Shown: positions 27,036 through 38,073, counted from the first letter of the stretch. The stretch is 64,000 nt of DNA from Myxococcota bacterium (GCA_044344255.1 JBIJDH010000004.1:288001-352000), one strand, 5' to 3'. The notes: a model not told the origin generated them from the sequence alone. Numbers and translations are program-made.

Positions 27036-28715
27036 ATGCGTGAAGCGGTCGGAGCGGTCGGAGCGGGCGAGAGCGGCGGCGATGCGACGAGCCGGGGGCG
27101 GGCTGACCTCGCAGGGTGGCTGGCGGCGCAGCCCGCCGATCTGTACGCCGATGACCTGGCCTTCCAGGCCCTCGTCGCCGCGGCGGGCCTCGAAGATCGG
27201 GCGGAGCGGCTCGGGGAGGTCGGGCGAACGGTGGCCGGGCCGCTCGACCGGGCCGTGCGGGAGAACAACCTCCACCGCAACTTACCCGTGCTGGACGACT
27301 GGGACGCGATCGGCCGCTTCACGAGCGGGGTGAGCCACCACCCCACCTGGCGGGAGGCCGGCAGGATGATCTACGGCACCGGGGTCATGACCGCCTATGG
27401 CGAGCCCGTCGTGCCCCATCGTTACATCCTCGGGCTGTTCTACCTCACCGCCCAGGCCGGGGAGGCGGGCCACAACTGCCCGCTCGCCTGTGCCGCGGGG
27501 GCGATCCGCTCGCTGCAGGCGCTCGGCACCCCGGCCCAGCGGGCCCGCTACCTGCCGCGTCTGCTCGATCCCGACTTCGACTCGAACTTCACCGCCTCCC
27601 AGTTCCTGACCGAGCTCCAGGGCGGCTCCGACGTCGGCGCCAACGCGGTGCGGGCCGAGCCGGTCGAGGGCGGCGGCGGCGCCGGCTCGCGGTGGCAGAT
27701 CTCGGGAGAGAAGTGGTTCTGCTCCAACGCCGACGCCGACGTCTTCCTCCTCACGGCGCGGGTGGCGCCGCCCGAGACCGGCACGGGGGGCCTCGGCCTC
27801 TTCCTCCTCCCGCGTCAGCGCGCCGACGGGCGGCCCAACGGCTTCCGCCTGCGGCGGCTCAAGGACAAGCTCGGCACCCGCTCGATGGCCTCGGGGGAGA
27901 TCGACTTCGACCGGGCGGAGGCGGAGGCCCTCGGGCCGGTCGATCGGGGCTTCAAGAACGTGATCGAGGGGGTGATCAACACGTCTCGCCTCTACAACGC
28001 CTTCGGCTGCGCGGCCCACGCCCGCCGGGCCTGGGTTGTGGCGAGCACCTATGCTCAGCACCGTCGGGCATTCGGGCGGCCGATCGGGGGCTTCGCCGCC
28101 GTGCAGGAGACCCTGGCGTGGATGCGGGCCGACGCGACGGCCTGCCTCGCCTCCTCCTGGTGGCTGGCTGAGCTCCAAGAGCGCCTCGACGCGGGCAGCG
28201 CCTCGAAGGCCGACGCGGACTTCTTCCGCGTGGCGGTCAACCTGAACAAGCTGCGCACCTGCGTGCTCGCCCACGAGGTCGTCAACCATGGCATCGAGAT
28301 CCTGGGCGGGAACGGGGCCATCGAGAGCTTCTCGGTCCTGCCGCGCCTCCTGCGCGACAACGTGGTCTACGAGAACTGGGAGGGCAGCCACAACGTGCTG
28401 CGGGCGCAGGTCCTGCGCGACTGTCAGCGCCTCGGTGTGCACCGTGGCTTCTTCGAGGTGCTGGAGGGGAGGCTGGGGCCGGCGGCGCTCGAGGCCGATC
28501 GACAGGAGCTCGACGCGCTGCTCGCCGAGGGCGGCCCCTTGGCGGAGCTGAGGTTCCGGCGGCTGGCCGATCGGCTCGCCACCTGGGTGATGGTAGGGGC
28601 CCTGTCGGTGCACCCCTCGCTCCAGGCGGAGGGGCGGGTCACGGCCCGCCACCTCGAGGCGCCGAAGGTGGACGCCGAGTGGCTCCGGCTCGTGGAGGGC
28701 TTGCAGCGGGGCTGA
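27036..28715 (+). CDS. Acyl-CoA dehydrogenase family protein (AidB-like); start approximate
   Basis: CPLAC, QFLTELQGGSDVG, GEKWFCS, LKDKLGTRSMASGEI, GGNG, WEGS.NV. Confidence 0.9.
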   Translation: MREAVGAVGAGESGGDATSRGRADLAGWLAAQPADLYADDLAFQALVAAAGLEDRAERLGEVGRTVAGPLDRAVRENNLHRNLPVLDDWDAIGRFTSGVSHHPTWREAGRMIYGTGVMTAYGEPVVPHRYILGLFYLTAQAGEAGHNCPLACAAGAIRSLQALGTPAQRARYLPRLLDPDFDSNFTASQFLTELQGGSDVGANAVRAEPVEGGGGAGSRWQISGEKWFCSNADADVFLLTARVAPPETGTGGLGLFLLPRQRADGRPNGFRLRRLKDKLGTRSMASGEIDFDRAEAEALGPVDRGFKNVIEGVINTSRLYNAFGCAAHARRAWVVASTYAQHRRAFGRPIGGFAAVQETLAWMRADATACLASSWWLAELQERLDAGSASKADADFFRVAVNLNKLRTCVLAHEVVNHGIEILGGNGAIESFSVLPRLLRDNVVYENWEGSHNVLRAQVLRDCQRLGVHRGFFEVLEGRLGPAALEADRQELDALLAEGGPLAELRFRRLADRLATWVMVGALSVHPSLQAEGRVTARHLEAPKVDAEWLRLVEGLQRG

Positions 28716-28931
28716 TGCGCGCCCGTCGGGAGCCGGGAGCGCGGCGACGCCGTGGTTCCAGGGCGGGTAAGGGGCCGCCCCGCCTCGTTCTTTTTGGGGC
28801 GCTCATGTGTTACAACCGCGGCCGCTCAGCCGGTGAGCGGCTTGCGCGCAGCTTCGGGCGGGTGACCGCTGAGGGGCGCGTGGGGCGACTCGCCCGTGGG
28901 CCTGTGGGGTGAACCTGTGATGGGGGCTTCG

Positions 28932-29981
28932 ATGTCGGAAGTGCGTGTCGGTTGGAGGCAGGTCGGCCTCGTCTTTTCCTTGTTCGCCGTGGCGATCGTC
29001 GCCCTGATGGTCGGGCCGGCTCGCGCCCAGTCTGCCCAGTGGGTCTTGAAGGTCGCCTCGGTGGCGCCGGATGGCACGCCCTGGACCGAGGGCCTCAACC
29101 GTTTCAAGGCCTCGGTGTGGACCGCCTCCGAGAAGCGGCTGGAGGTGCGCGTCTTCTCCGCGGGCACGCTCGGCGATGAGAACGAGACCGTCATCGCCAC
29201 GCAGCGCGGGCAGATCCAGGGCGTGGGCGCCTCGACGGGCGCGATCGCCTCCCTGGTCCCCGAGCTCAACGTGCTGGAGCTCCCGTACCTGTTCCGCGAC
29301 CAGAAGGAGGCCGACCATGTGCTCGACAAGGTCATCCTCCAGACGATGGAGAAGGCCTTCGAGGCGCGCGGCCTCGTGCTCGGCTTCTGGAGCGAGAACG
29401 GGTACCGCTCTTACGGCACCAACTTCGGCTTCGTGAAGTCGCCCGACGCCCTCAAGGGCCACAAGATGCGCAGCCAGGAGAACCCGGTGCACATCGGGCT
29501 CTACAAGGCTCTCGGCGCCTCACCGGTGCCCATCCCCACCACCGAGGTGCTCACCTCGCTGCAGACCGGCGTGGTCGATGGGTACGACAACACCGCGCTC
29601 TTCGCGCAGGCCGCGCAGTGGGCGAGCTCGACCAAGTACTACACGGTCACCAATCACATCTACCAGCCGGCCGCCATCGTCTACAACAAGGCCTTCTTCT
29701 ACAGCTTGCCCGCCGACGTGCAGGCTGACCTGAAGAGCCCCCGGGCCGCCTTGATGCAGGAGATGCGGGAGGAGATCCGGACCCTCGACACCATGCTCCT
29801 CGACAATTTCAAGGCGATGAAGGTGCAGGTCTACGCGCTCACCCCGGCCGAGCGCCAGACCTTCGACGCCCCCGCCAAGAAGGCGCGCGAAGAGTACATC
29901 GCCAAGGCCAGCCCCGCCGAGAAGGCGCTCTACGCGCAGATCACCAAGGGGATCACCGATTACCGGGCCACCCACAAGTGA
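28932..29981 (+). CDS. dctP: TRAP transporter solute-binding protein
   Basis: Signal peptide; ASVAPDGTPW, ELPYLF, ENGYR, GHKMR, SLQTGVVDGYDN. Confidence 0.93.
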   Translation: MSEVRVGWRQVGLVFSLFAVAIVALMVGPARAQSAQWVLKVASVAPDGTPWTEGLNRFKASVWTASEKRLEVRVFSAGTLGDENETVIATQRGQIQGVGASTGAIASLVPELNVLELPYLFRDQKEADHVLDKVILQTMEKAFEARGLVLGFWSENGYRSYGTNFGFVKSPDALKGHKMRSQENPVHIGLYKALGASPVPIPTTEVLTSLQTGVVDGYDNTALFAQAAQWASSTKYYTVTNHIYQPAAIVYNKAFFYSLPADVQADLKSPRAALMQEMREEIRTLDTMLLDNFKAMKVQVYALTPAERQTFDAPAKKAREEYIAKASPAEKALYAQITKGITDYRATHK

Positions 29982-30775
29982 TGGGTGCGCTCGAGCGGTT
30001 CGATGAGCGCCTGTACCGGGCCGAGCGCGCCCTCGTGGCGGCGATGCTCGCGATCATGGGCGTCGTGGTCTTCCTCGACGTGATGTTGCGCGTCACCACC
30101 CGCGAAGGGAGCCCGCTCGCGAACCCGCTCGTCCAGGGTGTGGCCTTTGGGGTGCTCACCGCGCTCGGCCTGCGCTACCGCGGGGTGGCCCGAGCCCCCC
30201 TGCTCGGGGTCGGCGGGGGCGTCGCCGCGGTGCTGTTCATCCAGCTCATGCTGCTGCTCTTCCCGAACGGCCTCATCTGGTCGCAGACGCTCGCCTTGGC
30301 CTTCACGCTCTGGCTCGGGATGGTCGGCGCGACGCTGGCCGCCCACGACCGGCGGCACCTCGCGCTCGACATCGGCAGCAAGCTGTGGCCCCCCGCCCTC
30401 GCGCCCAAGGTCGCGGCGGTGGGGCACGGGGTCACGGCGCTCTTCTGTCTGTCGCTCGTCTTCCTCGGGTATCGCTCGGTCTCGGCCCATTATGCGACCT
30501 GGGCCGACAGCGAGGGGAGCGCCGGCATCTTCCCCGTCCAGATGGAGCTGCTCGGCTTCGAGCTGCCCATCATCAAGTGGGTGGTCTTCACCGCCATCCC
30601 CTACGGCGGGGCCTCCCTCTTCTTCCGCTTCACCCTCGACGCTGCGCGGGCTTGGACCGGTCGGCTTCCCGTCGGGGAGGATGACACCTTGCAGCAGCTC
30701 GGCATCCAGCCCTCGTCTGCGCTGGGCACCGTAGAGCCGAGCGGCGTGCCGATCGGCCCCGAGGAGTCCCCGTGA
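29978..30775 (+). CDS. dctQ: TRAP transporter small permease (extended)
   Basis: Multi-TM; GATLAAHDRRHLALD motif; between dctP and dctM. Confidence 0.85.
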   Translation: MMGALERFDERLYRAERALVAAMLAIMGVVVFLDVMLRVTTREGSPLANPLVQGVAFGVLTALGLRYRGVARAPLLGVGGGVAAVLFIQLMLLLFPNGLIWSQTLALAFTLWLGMVGATLAAHDRRHLALDIGSKLWPPALAPKVAAVGHGVTALFCLSLVFLGYRSVSAHYATWADSEGSAGIFPVQMELLGFELPIIKWVVFTAIPYGGASLFFRFTLDAARAWTGRLPVGEDDTLQQLGIQPSSALGTVEPSGVPIGPEESP

Positions 30776-32340
30776 GCGGCCTCATCCTGATCCTCGTGAT
30801 GGTGGGGCTCGCGCTCCTGGGCGCGCGCCTCTTCGTCGTGGTGGGGGTGGCCACCGCCCTCTGCTTCTTGCTCTTCCTCGGAGACTCCGACCCCCTCCTC
30901 CAGATGGACCGCATCGTCACCAAGATGGAGGGCCTGTCTACGAAGAACGTGTTCTTGTCGATCCCCTTCTTCGTGGCCAGCGGCGCCATCATGACGAAGG
31001 GCGGCATCGCCAAGCGCCTCACCGACCTCGCACAGGCGGCGGTGGGCTGGCTCCCGGGCGGCCTCGCCGTCGCCTCCGTGGTGGCCTGCATCATCTTCGC
31101 CGCCATCAGCGGCTCCTCGCCGGTCACCCTGGTGGCGGTGGGGAGCGTGATGTTCCCCGCCCTGGTGTCCGCTGGCTACCCGAAGAAGTTCTCGACGGGC
31201 CTCATCACCAGCGCCGGCAGCCTCGGCTGCATGATCCCGCCCGCCATCTCGATGCTGATCTACGCGATCAGCGTGCAGGGCTCCGCCTCGGTGGACCCTG
31301 CCGATCTCTTCTTCGCCGGGCTCGTGCCTGCGCTCTTCATCGCAGGCTTGTTGGCCGTGTACAGCGTGTGGGTGGGCCTCAGCGTGCCGGGCTCACGCCG
31401 CCCCTTCAACCTGGGTGAGCTCACGACGGCCCTCGCGGGCGCGGCCTGGTCGCTGACCCTGCCGGCCATCGTGCTCGGCGGGATCTACGGCGGGGTCTTC
31501 ACCCCCACCGAGGCCGGCGCTGTGGCCTTCGCGGCCAGCGTGATCATCGCCTGCGGCATCCATGGCGACGTGCCTTGGCGGCGCCTGCCCGCCATCCTCA
31601 TGGAGGCCGCCACCCTCATCGGCAGCCTGATCTTGATCGTGGTGCTGGCCTTTGGCCTCAACGACTTCCTCGCCGAGGTGGACGCCCCCGGCATCATCAA
31701 GCGCTGGGTCGAGACCGCTGACCTCAACGCCTGGCAATTCATGTTGCTCGTCAACATCGTGCTGATCGTGCTCGGCGCCCTGATGGACAGCATCTCGGCC
31801 ACGCTCGTCTTCGCGCCCATGTTGGCCCCGGTGGCGATCAACCACTACGGCATCGATCCCATCCACTTCGGAGTCGTCTTCGTGGTGAACATGGAGATCG
31901 GCTACATCGCGCCCCCGGTGGCCACCAACCTGTTCGTGGCCGCCGCGATCTTCCGGCAGCCCTTCGTCGATGTCGCCAAGGCCATCGTGCCCACGCTCGG
32001 CATCATCTGCGGCGCGCTGGTGCTCTTGATCTACATCCCCAGCTTCTCGAAGGGGCCGCTGAACCTCCGCGAGGGGCGCGACTTCTACGAGGGTTTCCCC
32101 TGGGACGGCAAGCCCGTCGTCGCCGCGCCGTCCGAGATCCCGGCGGACGGCGCCCCGGGCGCCGAGGCGGAGCCCAAGGTGCTCACGCTTCAGGAGATGA
32201 TGGAGAAGGCAAAGAAACAAAAGGCGGAGCAGAAGGCCGCCGCGGAGGCCGCAGGCCCGCCCGTCGAGGGTGCTCCGCCGGTGGAGGGTGCTCCGCCGGT
32301 GGAAGGTGAGGCGGTCGAAGGTAGCCCCGGGGCGCCCTGA
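30772..32340 (+). CDS. dctM: TRAP transporter large permease
   Basis: LSIPFF, FAAISGSS, LGCMIPPAI, FTPTEA, GIDPIHFG, PPV; C-terminal PPVEG x3 tail. Confidence 0.95.
   Translation: MSGLILILVMVGLALLGARLFVVVGVATALCFLLFLGDSDPLLQMDRIVTKMEGLSTKNVFLSIPFFVASGAIMTKGGIAKRLTDLAQAAVGWLPGGLAVASVVACIIFAAISGSSPVTLVAVGSVMFPALVSAGYPKKFSTGLITSAGSLGCMIPPAISMLIYAISVQGSASVDPADLFFAGLVPALFIAGLLAVYSVWVGLSVPGSRRPFNLGELTTALAGAAWSLTLPAIVLGGIYGGVFTPTEAGAVAFAASVIIACGIHGDVPWRRLPAILMEAATLIGSLILIVVLAFGLNDFLAEVDAPGIIKRWVETADLNAWQFMLLVNIVLIVLGALMDSISATLVFAPMLAPVAINHYGIDPIHFGVVFVVNMEIGYIAPPVATNLFVAAAIFRQPFVDVAKAIVPTLGIICGALVLLIYIPSFSKGPLNLREGRDFYEGFPWDGKPVVAAPSEIPADGAPGAEAEPKVLTLQEMMEKAKKQKAEQKAAAEAAGPPVEGAPPVEGAPPVEGEAVEGSPGAP
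32257..32310 (+). repeat. 18-nt repeat x3 encoding PPVEG(A/E) in the DctM tail
   Basis: ccgcccgtcgagggtgct / ccgccggtggagggtgct / ccgccggtggaaggtgag. Confidence 0.8.
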
Positions 32341-32342
32341 CC

Positions 32343-33350
32343 GTGGAGCCGGACCGAACCCTGCCCCGTCGACCCCTCCCCAGGGTGCAGGTCGGGTGGG
32401 CGCTCCTGCTGCTCGGCGCCTGTGCCGCTCAGGCGGAGGCCCCGCCGGCGGCGGTCGACGTGTGGGCGGAGTGGACCGACCGTCATACCCCCGTCGCCGA
32501 CGGATTCCAGCCCCCCGTCGACGCGGGCTGGACCCGGACAGGGGAGGGCAGTTGGCGGCGAGCGTCCGCGGGCGCGGTCCAGGCCCCAGCGCTGGGGGTC
32601 GTGCGGAGGGCCAGCGGGGACACCCTCGTGATCGAGCATGTCTTCTACGAGAACGCGGAGCGGGTGACCGTGACCTCGACCCTCCACGGCGACGGCCCCT
32701 GGGTGAGCGCGGGGGCGGCCGGAGATCGGGTGGAGGCGGGGGCGGTGATCGGGCGCGGAGCGCAGGTCGAGTGGTCGCTCCGGAGGGGCGCGGAGGAGGT
32801 GCCGGTCGAGGCCTTCCTCCGGGCGCACGAGGCGGTGCCGGTCCCCCAGCGAGAGGCCGCCCTCGCGGTGGTGGACGCGGCGCGGAGCGAGCTGCGCCTG
32901 TACCGGCGGGGGCAGGAGGCCGCTCGATACCGGGTCGGGCGCGGCCAAGCGGATGGGCCCAAGGAGCGGCGAGGGGACAACCGCACGCCGGTCGGGATGT
33001 ACTTCGTGGTGGCCAAATCGACGGGGCCCTTCGAGGGGCCGGTCGCGGACTATTACGGGGGGTACTGGACGAAGCTGAACTACCCGAACCCCTGGGACGC
33101 CGAGCGGGGGCTCGCCCAAGGCTGGGTGACCGCCGAGCAGGCCGGGGCGATCTCGCGGGCCTGGCGGCGCCGGGGGCTGACGCTCCAGGACACGCGGCTC
33201 GGGGGCGGGATCGGCTTCCACGGCTGGATCTCGGAGTGGTCGGACGCCGATGGCCCGCGCAAGAGCTGGGGCTGCGTGGTCAACCACCTCTCCGACGTCG
33301 CGGCGGTGTATGCGGCGCTGCCGGTGGGGGCGATGGTGATCCTGCGCTGA
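32343..33350 (+). CDS. L,D-transpeptidase (YkuD family) with an N-terminal degenerate M23-like domain
   Basis: GPKERRGDNRTPVG.Y, LNYPN..D, GGGIGFHG...SWGCV; lipobox LGAC. Confidence 0.85.
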   Translation: MEPDRTLPRRPLPRVQVGWALLLLGACAAQAEAPPAAVDVWAEWTDRHTPVADGFQPPVDAGWTRTGEGSWRRASAGAVQAPALGVVRRASGDTLVIEHVFYENAERVTVTSTLHGDGPWVSAGAAGDRVEAGAVIGRGAQVEWSLRRGAEEVPVEAFLRAHEAVPVPQREAALAVVDAARSELRLYRRGQEAARYRVGRGQADGPKERRGDNRTPVGMYFVVAKSTGPFEGPVADYYGGYWTKLNYPNPWDAERGLAQGWVTAEQAGAISRAWRRRGLTLQDTRLGGGIGFHGWISEWSDADGPRKSWGCVVNHLSDVAAVYAALPVGAMVILR

Positions 33351-33439
33351 TCGGTGATCCTTCGCAGGAGGAGAGGCCGATCTGGTGTGTAGGTTGGGGT
33401 GGGAGAGGTCCCCTCCTCTGCGCAGCTCCGGGAGCCCCC

Positions 33440-34114
33440 ATGCGTTCATCTCCGGTCCGCCTCCACCTCCTCGCGCCCCTCGCCGCCCTCGCCGCCCTCG
33501 GCGCATGTGGGAAGGACGACGCGGATCCGGTCAACTGCTCCACGGAGGCGCGCGGCTCGGTGAACCTGACGGTGGTGGACGAAGCGGCGGCCCCGATCGC
33601 CGGGGCGACCGCCACGTGGTTGGTGGACGGGGGGGAGGCCCAACCCTGCGACGGGATGCCGGACGGGGTCTTCGTCTGCGGCTGGGAGGTCGACGGCGAC
33701 CTCCTCCTGCGCGTGGAGGCCGAGGGCTACGAGTCGGCCGAGCAGGTGGTCACCGTCGAGGCCGATGAGTGCCACGTCATCCCCGAGGTCCTCACGCTCA
33801 CGCTCCTCGAAGAGCAGGTCGACTGCACCGAGCAAGAGGTGCCCTCGATCGCGGTCACGGTCGCCGGCAGCTCCGGCGAGCCCCTCGACGGGGTGGGCGT
33901 CACCTACGCGCCGCTGGGTGGTGATGATGCGGCGCCCTGCGAGCTCCGCTCGGACGCCTCCTGGATCTGCGGCTCCGAGGAGGCGGGTGACTTCGTCGTC
34001 ACGGCCCTCGCGGCGGGCCACGTCCCAGAGAGCGCCGGGGTCACCGTCGAGGCCGACGAGTGCCACGTCATCACCGAGACCGTCGACTTCTTGCTCGACT
34101 GGGGCGCAGATTGA
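33440..34114 (+). CDS. Lipoprotein with two tandem carboxypeptidase-regulatory-like beta domains
   Basis: Lipobox LGAC; duplicated unit ending V(T)VEADECHVI; GGAG before ATG 33440. Confidence 0.75.
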   Translation: MRSSPVRLHLLAPLAALAALGACGKDDADPVNCSTEARGSVNLTVVDEAAAPIAGATATWLVDGGEAQPCDGMPDGVFVCGWEVDGDLLLRVEAEGYESAEQVVTVEADECHVIPEVLTLTLLEEQVDCTEQEVPSIAVTVAGSSGEPLDGVGVTYAPLGGDDAAPCELRSDASWICGSEEAGDFVVTALAAGHVPESAGVTVEADECHVITETVDFLLDWGAD

Positions 34115-34141
34115 GTGGGGGGCGGCTCGAGGGGCCTCGAC

Positions 34142-34684
34142 TCAGCGGAGCAGCGCGTCGCGGCCGATGAGGGCCTCGAGGCGGTAGCCGGCGGCGGCGA
34201 GGCGCTCCACGGCCCCCTCTTCGCGGTCGACCACGACGATGCACTGCACCACCCGCAGGCCCTCCTGCTCGACCCGCTCGATGGCGGTGAGCAGGCTGCC
34301 GCCGGTGGTGGCGGTGTCCTCGACGATGCAGACGGGCGCGCCGTCGGGGAGGGAGCCGCGGCCCTCGACCCACAGGCGGAGGCCGTGGCCCTTGGGCTCC
34401 TTCCGCACCATGAAGCCCTGGATGGGGCGACCGCGGAGGAAGGACACGGCGGCGACGGCGCCGGCGATAGGGTCTGCGCCGGTGACGGGCCCCCCCACGG
34501 CGACCACCTCGGGGAGGAGACGCTCCAGCACGAGCTCAGCGATGAGCGCGGCGCCCTCGGGGTGCAGCGTGGTCTGGCGGGCGTCGACGTAGAAGTCGCT
34601 CTCCCGCCCCGACGCGAGGATCACCCGCTGGCGGCGGACGGAGCGCTCCAGCAGCAGGGCCTTCAGCCGTTCCTGGCGCCCCAT
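34142..34684 (-). CDS. pyrE: Orotate phosphoribosyltransferase
   Basis: LASGRESDFYVD, VRKEPKGHG, IVEDTATTGGS, VVDREEG. Confidence 0.95.
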   Translation of the reverse strand: MGRQERLKALLLERSVRRQRVILASGRESDFYVDARQTTLHPEGAALIAELVLERLLPEVVAVGGPVTGADPIAGAVAAVSFLRGRPIQGFMVRKEPKGHGLRLWVEGRGSLPDGAPVCIVEDTATTGGSLLTAIERVEQEGLRVVQCIVVVDREEGAVERLAAAGYRLEALIGRDALLR

Positions 34685-35487
34685 CAGACCGCCTCCAGCC
34701 AGGCGATGAGCTCGGCCAGCACCTGCTTCTGCTCCGGCTCGTTGAAGAGCTCGTGGTAGAGGTGCGGGTAGAGCACGTGGGACTTCGGCCCGCCATAGGC
34801 GGCGAAGAGGCGCAAGGCGGCCTCGTGGTCGCACATCTGATCGGCGTCGGAGACCATCAGGTGGAGGGGCAGGCGGTAGCTCGCCGCAGCGGCGTGGACG
34901 CGGACCTGCGCCGCCAGCATCTCGGTGTACCAGCGTGGGGTGATCTTGCCGTAGACCAGCGGATCGGCCTCGTAGGCGCGAACCACCGCGGGGTCGCGGG
35001 AGATGGCGTTGGTGTCGAGCTCGTTCGACAAGGGGAGCCAGGGGAGAAGCCGAGAGAGGAGCTTCGCCGCCTTGATCTTGATCGCCGGGGCCTGGACCTT
35101 CACGCCCAGCAGCGGGTTTGAGAGGGCGAGGGCGCGGACGGCCGGGCTCATCGGCTCAAGCAGGGTCCAGAGGGAGACGAGGCCCCCCATCGAGTGCGCG
35201 AGCAGCACGAAGGGGCGCCCGACGAAGGTGGCGGCGGCCCGCACGTCGTCCGCGTAGTCCTGCCAGGACATCACGTGGCCGCGGCGGCCCTCGCTGCGCC
35301 CGTGGCCGCGGAGCTCCAGCAGGGTGACCCGCCAGCCAGCGGCGACCAGCGCGGCGGCCACGTGCTCGTAGCGGCCCGCGTGCTCGGCGAGCCCGTGGAC
35401 AATCAGCACGTCCCGATCGGCCGATCCCCAACGGGCGACCCGGAGGGCGGTGCCGTCGGTGGAGCGGAGGGTGTGCATCTCAGGCAT
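34684..35487 (-). CDS. Alpha/beta hydrolase of the lysophospholipase / monoacylglycerol lipase type
   Basis: VHGLAEHAGRY, RGHGRSEG.RG, AHSMGG, YHELFNE. Confidence 0.92.
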   Translation of the reverse strand: MPEMHTLRSTDGTALRVARWGSADRDVLIVHGLAEHAGRYEHVAAALVAAGWRVTLLELRGHGRSEGRRGHVMSWQDYADDVRAAATFVGRPFVLLAHSMGGLVSLWTLLEPMSPAVRALALSNPLLGVKVQAPAIKIKAAKLLSRLLPWLPLSNELDTNAISRDPAVVRAYEADPLVYGKITPRWYTEMLAAQVRVHAAAASYRLPLHLMVSDADQMCDHEAALRLFAAYGGPKSHVLYPHLYHELFNEPEQKQVLAELIAWLEAV

Positions 35488-35536
35488 GGGGTTCCCTTGG
35501 CCCGAGGTCAGGCCGGGTTCGAAGGGGTGGCCTCGA

Positions 35537-36406
35537 TCACTGGGCGAAGAACTCGGCCTCGCGGGCGAGGAGGTCCTTGGCCTTGGCCTGCTCGGCCAGG
35601 TTCTCGGGGATCACCGAGGGATCGATGTTCGGGTCGGCGGCGATGACCTCTTTGAGGAGGCGCTCGTACTCGGCCTTGTTCTGCGACTTGACCGCCCACT
35701 CCGCCGCCATCAGCACCTTGGTGGAGAAGTAGTTGGGGTCCAAGGCGAGGGACTTGTCGAAGTGGTCCTTCGACTTGTTGAGGTCCTGGCCGGCGAAGCT
35801 CGGGATGGCGGCGTAGTACGCGCCCCAATACCGGTCGGGCGCGCCATGGAAGTAGGTGGGCTCGAGCTCTTGCACGCGGGCCACCCAGGCCTTCACCGTG
35901 CCGAGGTTCTTCAGGGTCTTGGCGAGGCCGCTGAGCTTGGCCCACTTCCCGAGGGAGGTGGCCGTCCAGTAGGTGCACGGGACGTCGGCGGCGGTCAGCA
36001 CCTTGGCGGCGGTGGCCTCGTCCTCATCGCCCTTCTCGAGCATGGCGGTGAATTCGGCGTTGATCGCGATGCACCGCTTTCCAGCCGTGATCGCCTTGTC
36101 CCAGACGGCGAGCTTCTTGTCCTTGTCGGTCTCGTGGGCGTCGCCGAGGAAGTAGTAGCCGCGCACCACCTGCGCGCCGATGACGCGGTTGGTGGGATCG
36201 GCGGCGAAGGCGGCCTCGTACTGGACGATGGCGGCCTCAAGCTGGGCCTTGTCCGAGCGCTTCTCCCACAGGGCGTTGGCCTCGTCGAGGGCGGAGGGCG
36301 CCGAGGCGGTGCTCGGCGCAGCACCGACCTCGTAGGTGCCCTTGTGCTTGGCGCCGCAGCCGGCGAGGGCGGCGAGGAACAGGGTGGCGGCGAACAATGA
36401 GCGCAT
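35537..36406 (-). CDS. tatT: TRAP-associated TPR lipoprotein (TatT-like)
   Basis: Lipobox LAGC; YFHGAP..YWG.YYA.IPSFAG.DL.KSK.HF.KSL, RLLKEVIAADP...PEN...Q.KAK.LL....FF. Confidence 0.8.
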   Translation of the reverse strand: MRSLFAATLFLAALAGCGAKHKGTYEVGAAPSTASAPSALDEANALWEKRSDKAQLEAAIVQYEAAFAADPTNRVIGAQVVRGYYFLGDAHETDKDKKLAVWDKAITAGKRCIAINAEFTAMLEKGDEDEATAAKVLTAADVPCTYWTATSLGKWAKLSGLAKTLKNLGTVKAWVARVQELEPTYFHGAPDRYWGAYYAAIPSFAGQDLNKSKDHFDKSLALDPNYFSTKVLMAAEWAVKSQNKAEYERLLKEVIAADPNIDPSVIPENLAEQAKAKDLLAREAEFFAQ

Positions 36407-36451
36407 GGGTACTCCGAGCGAGTGATCGAGCATAAGTATGCGGTGGCCGTC

Positions 36452-36480
36452 CTTTTACCGAGAGGCCGGGGCGCTGTCAA
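36452..36480 (-). promoter_or_regulatory. Sigma70-type promoter candidate TTGACA-N17-TAAAAG
   Basis: Perfect -35 with a 17-nt spacer, upstream of the tatT-like gene. Confidence 0.6.
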
Positions 36481-36552
36481 CGAGGGGAGTCCGATGGCGG
36501 TGGCCGGGGCGGCCCCCGCTCGGACCCGGTGATAGGCCCCTGGCCCGGATGA

Positions 36553-38052
<1,500 letters not shown>

Positions 38053-38073
38053 TCCCCCACGAGTTGAGGGCGT

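Noticed and set aside
32270..33439. N-terminal extension of the 614-aa ORF
   Set aside because: It overlaps the L,D-transpeptidase in another frame; the signal peptide begins at 33440
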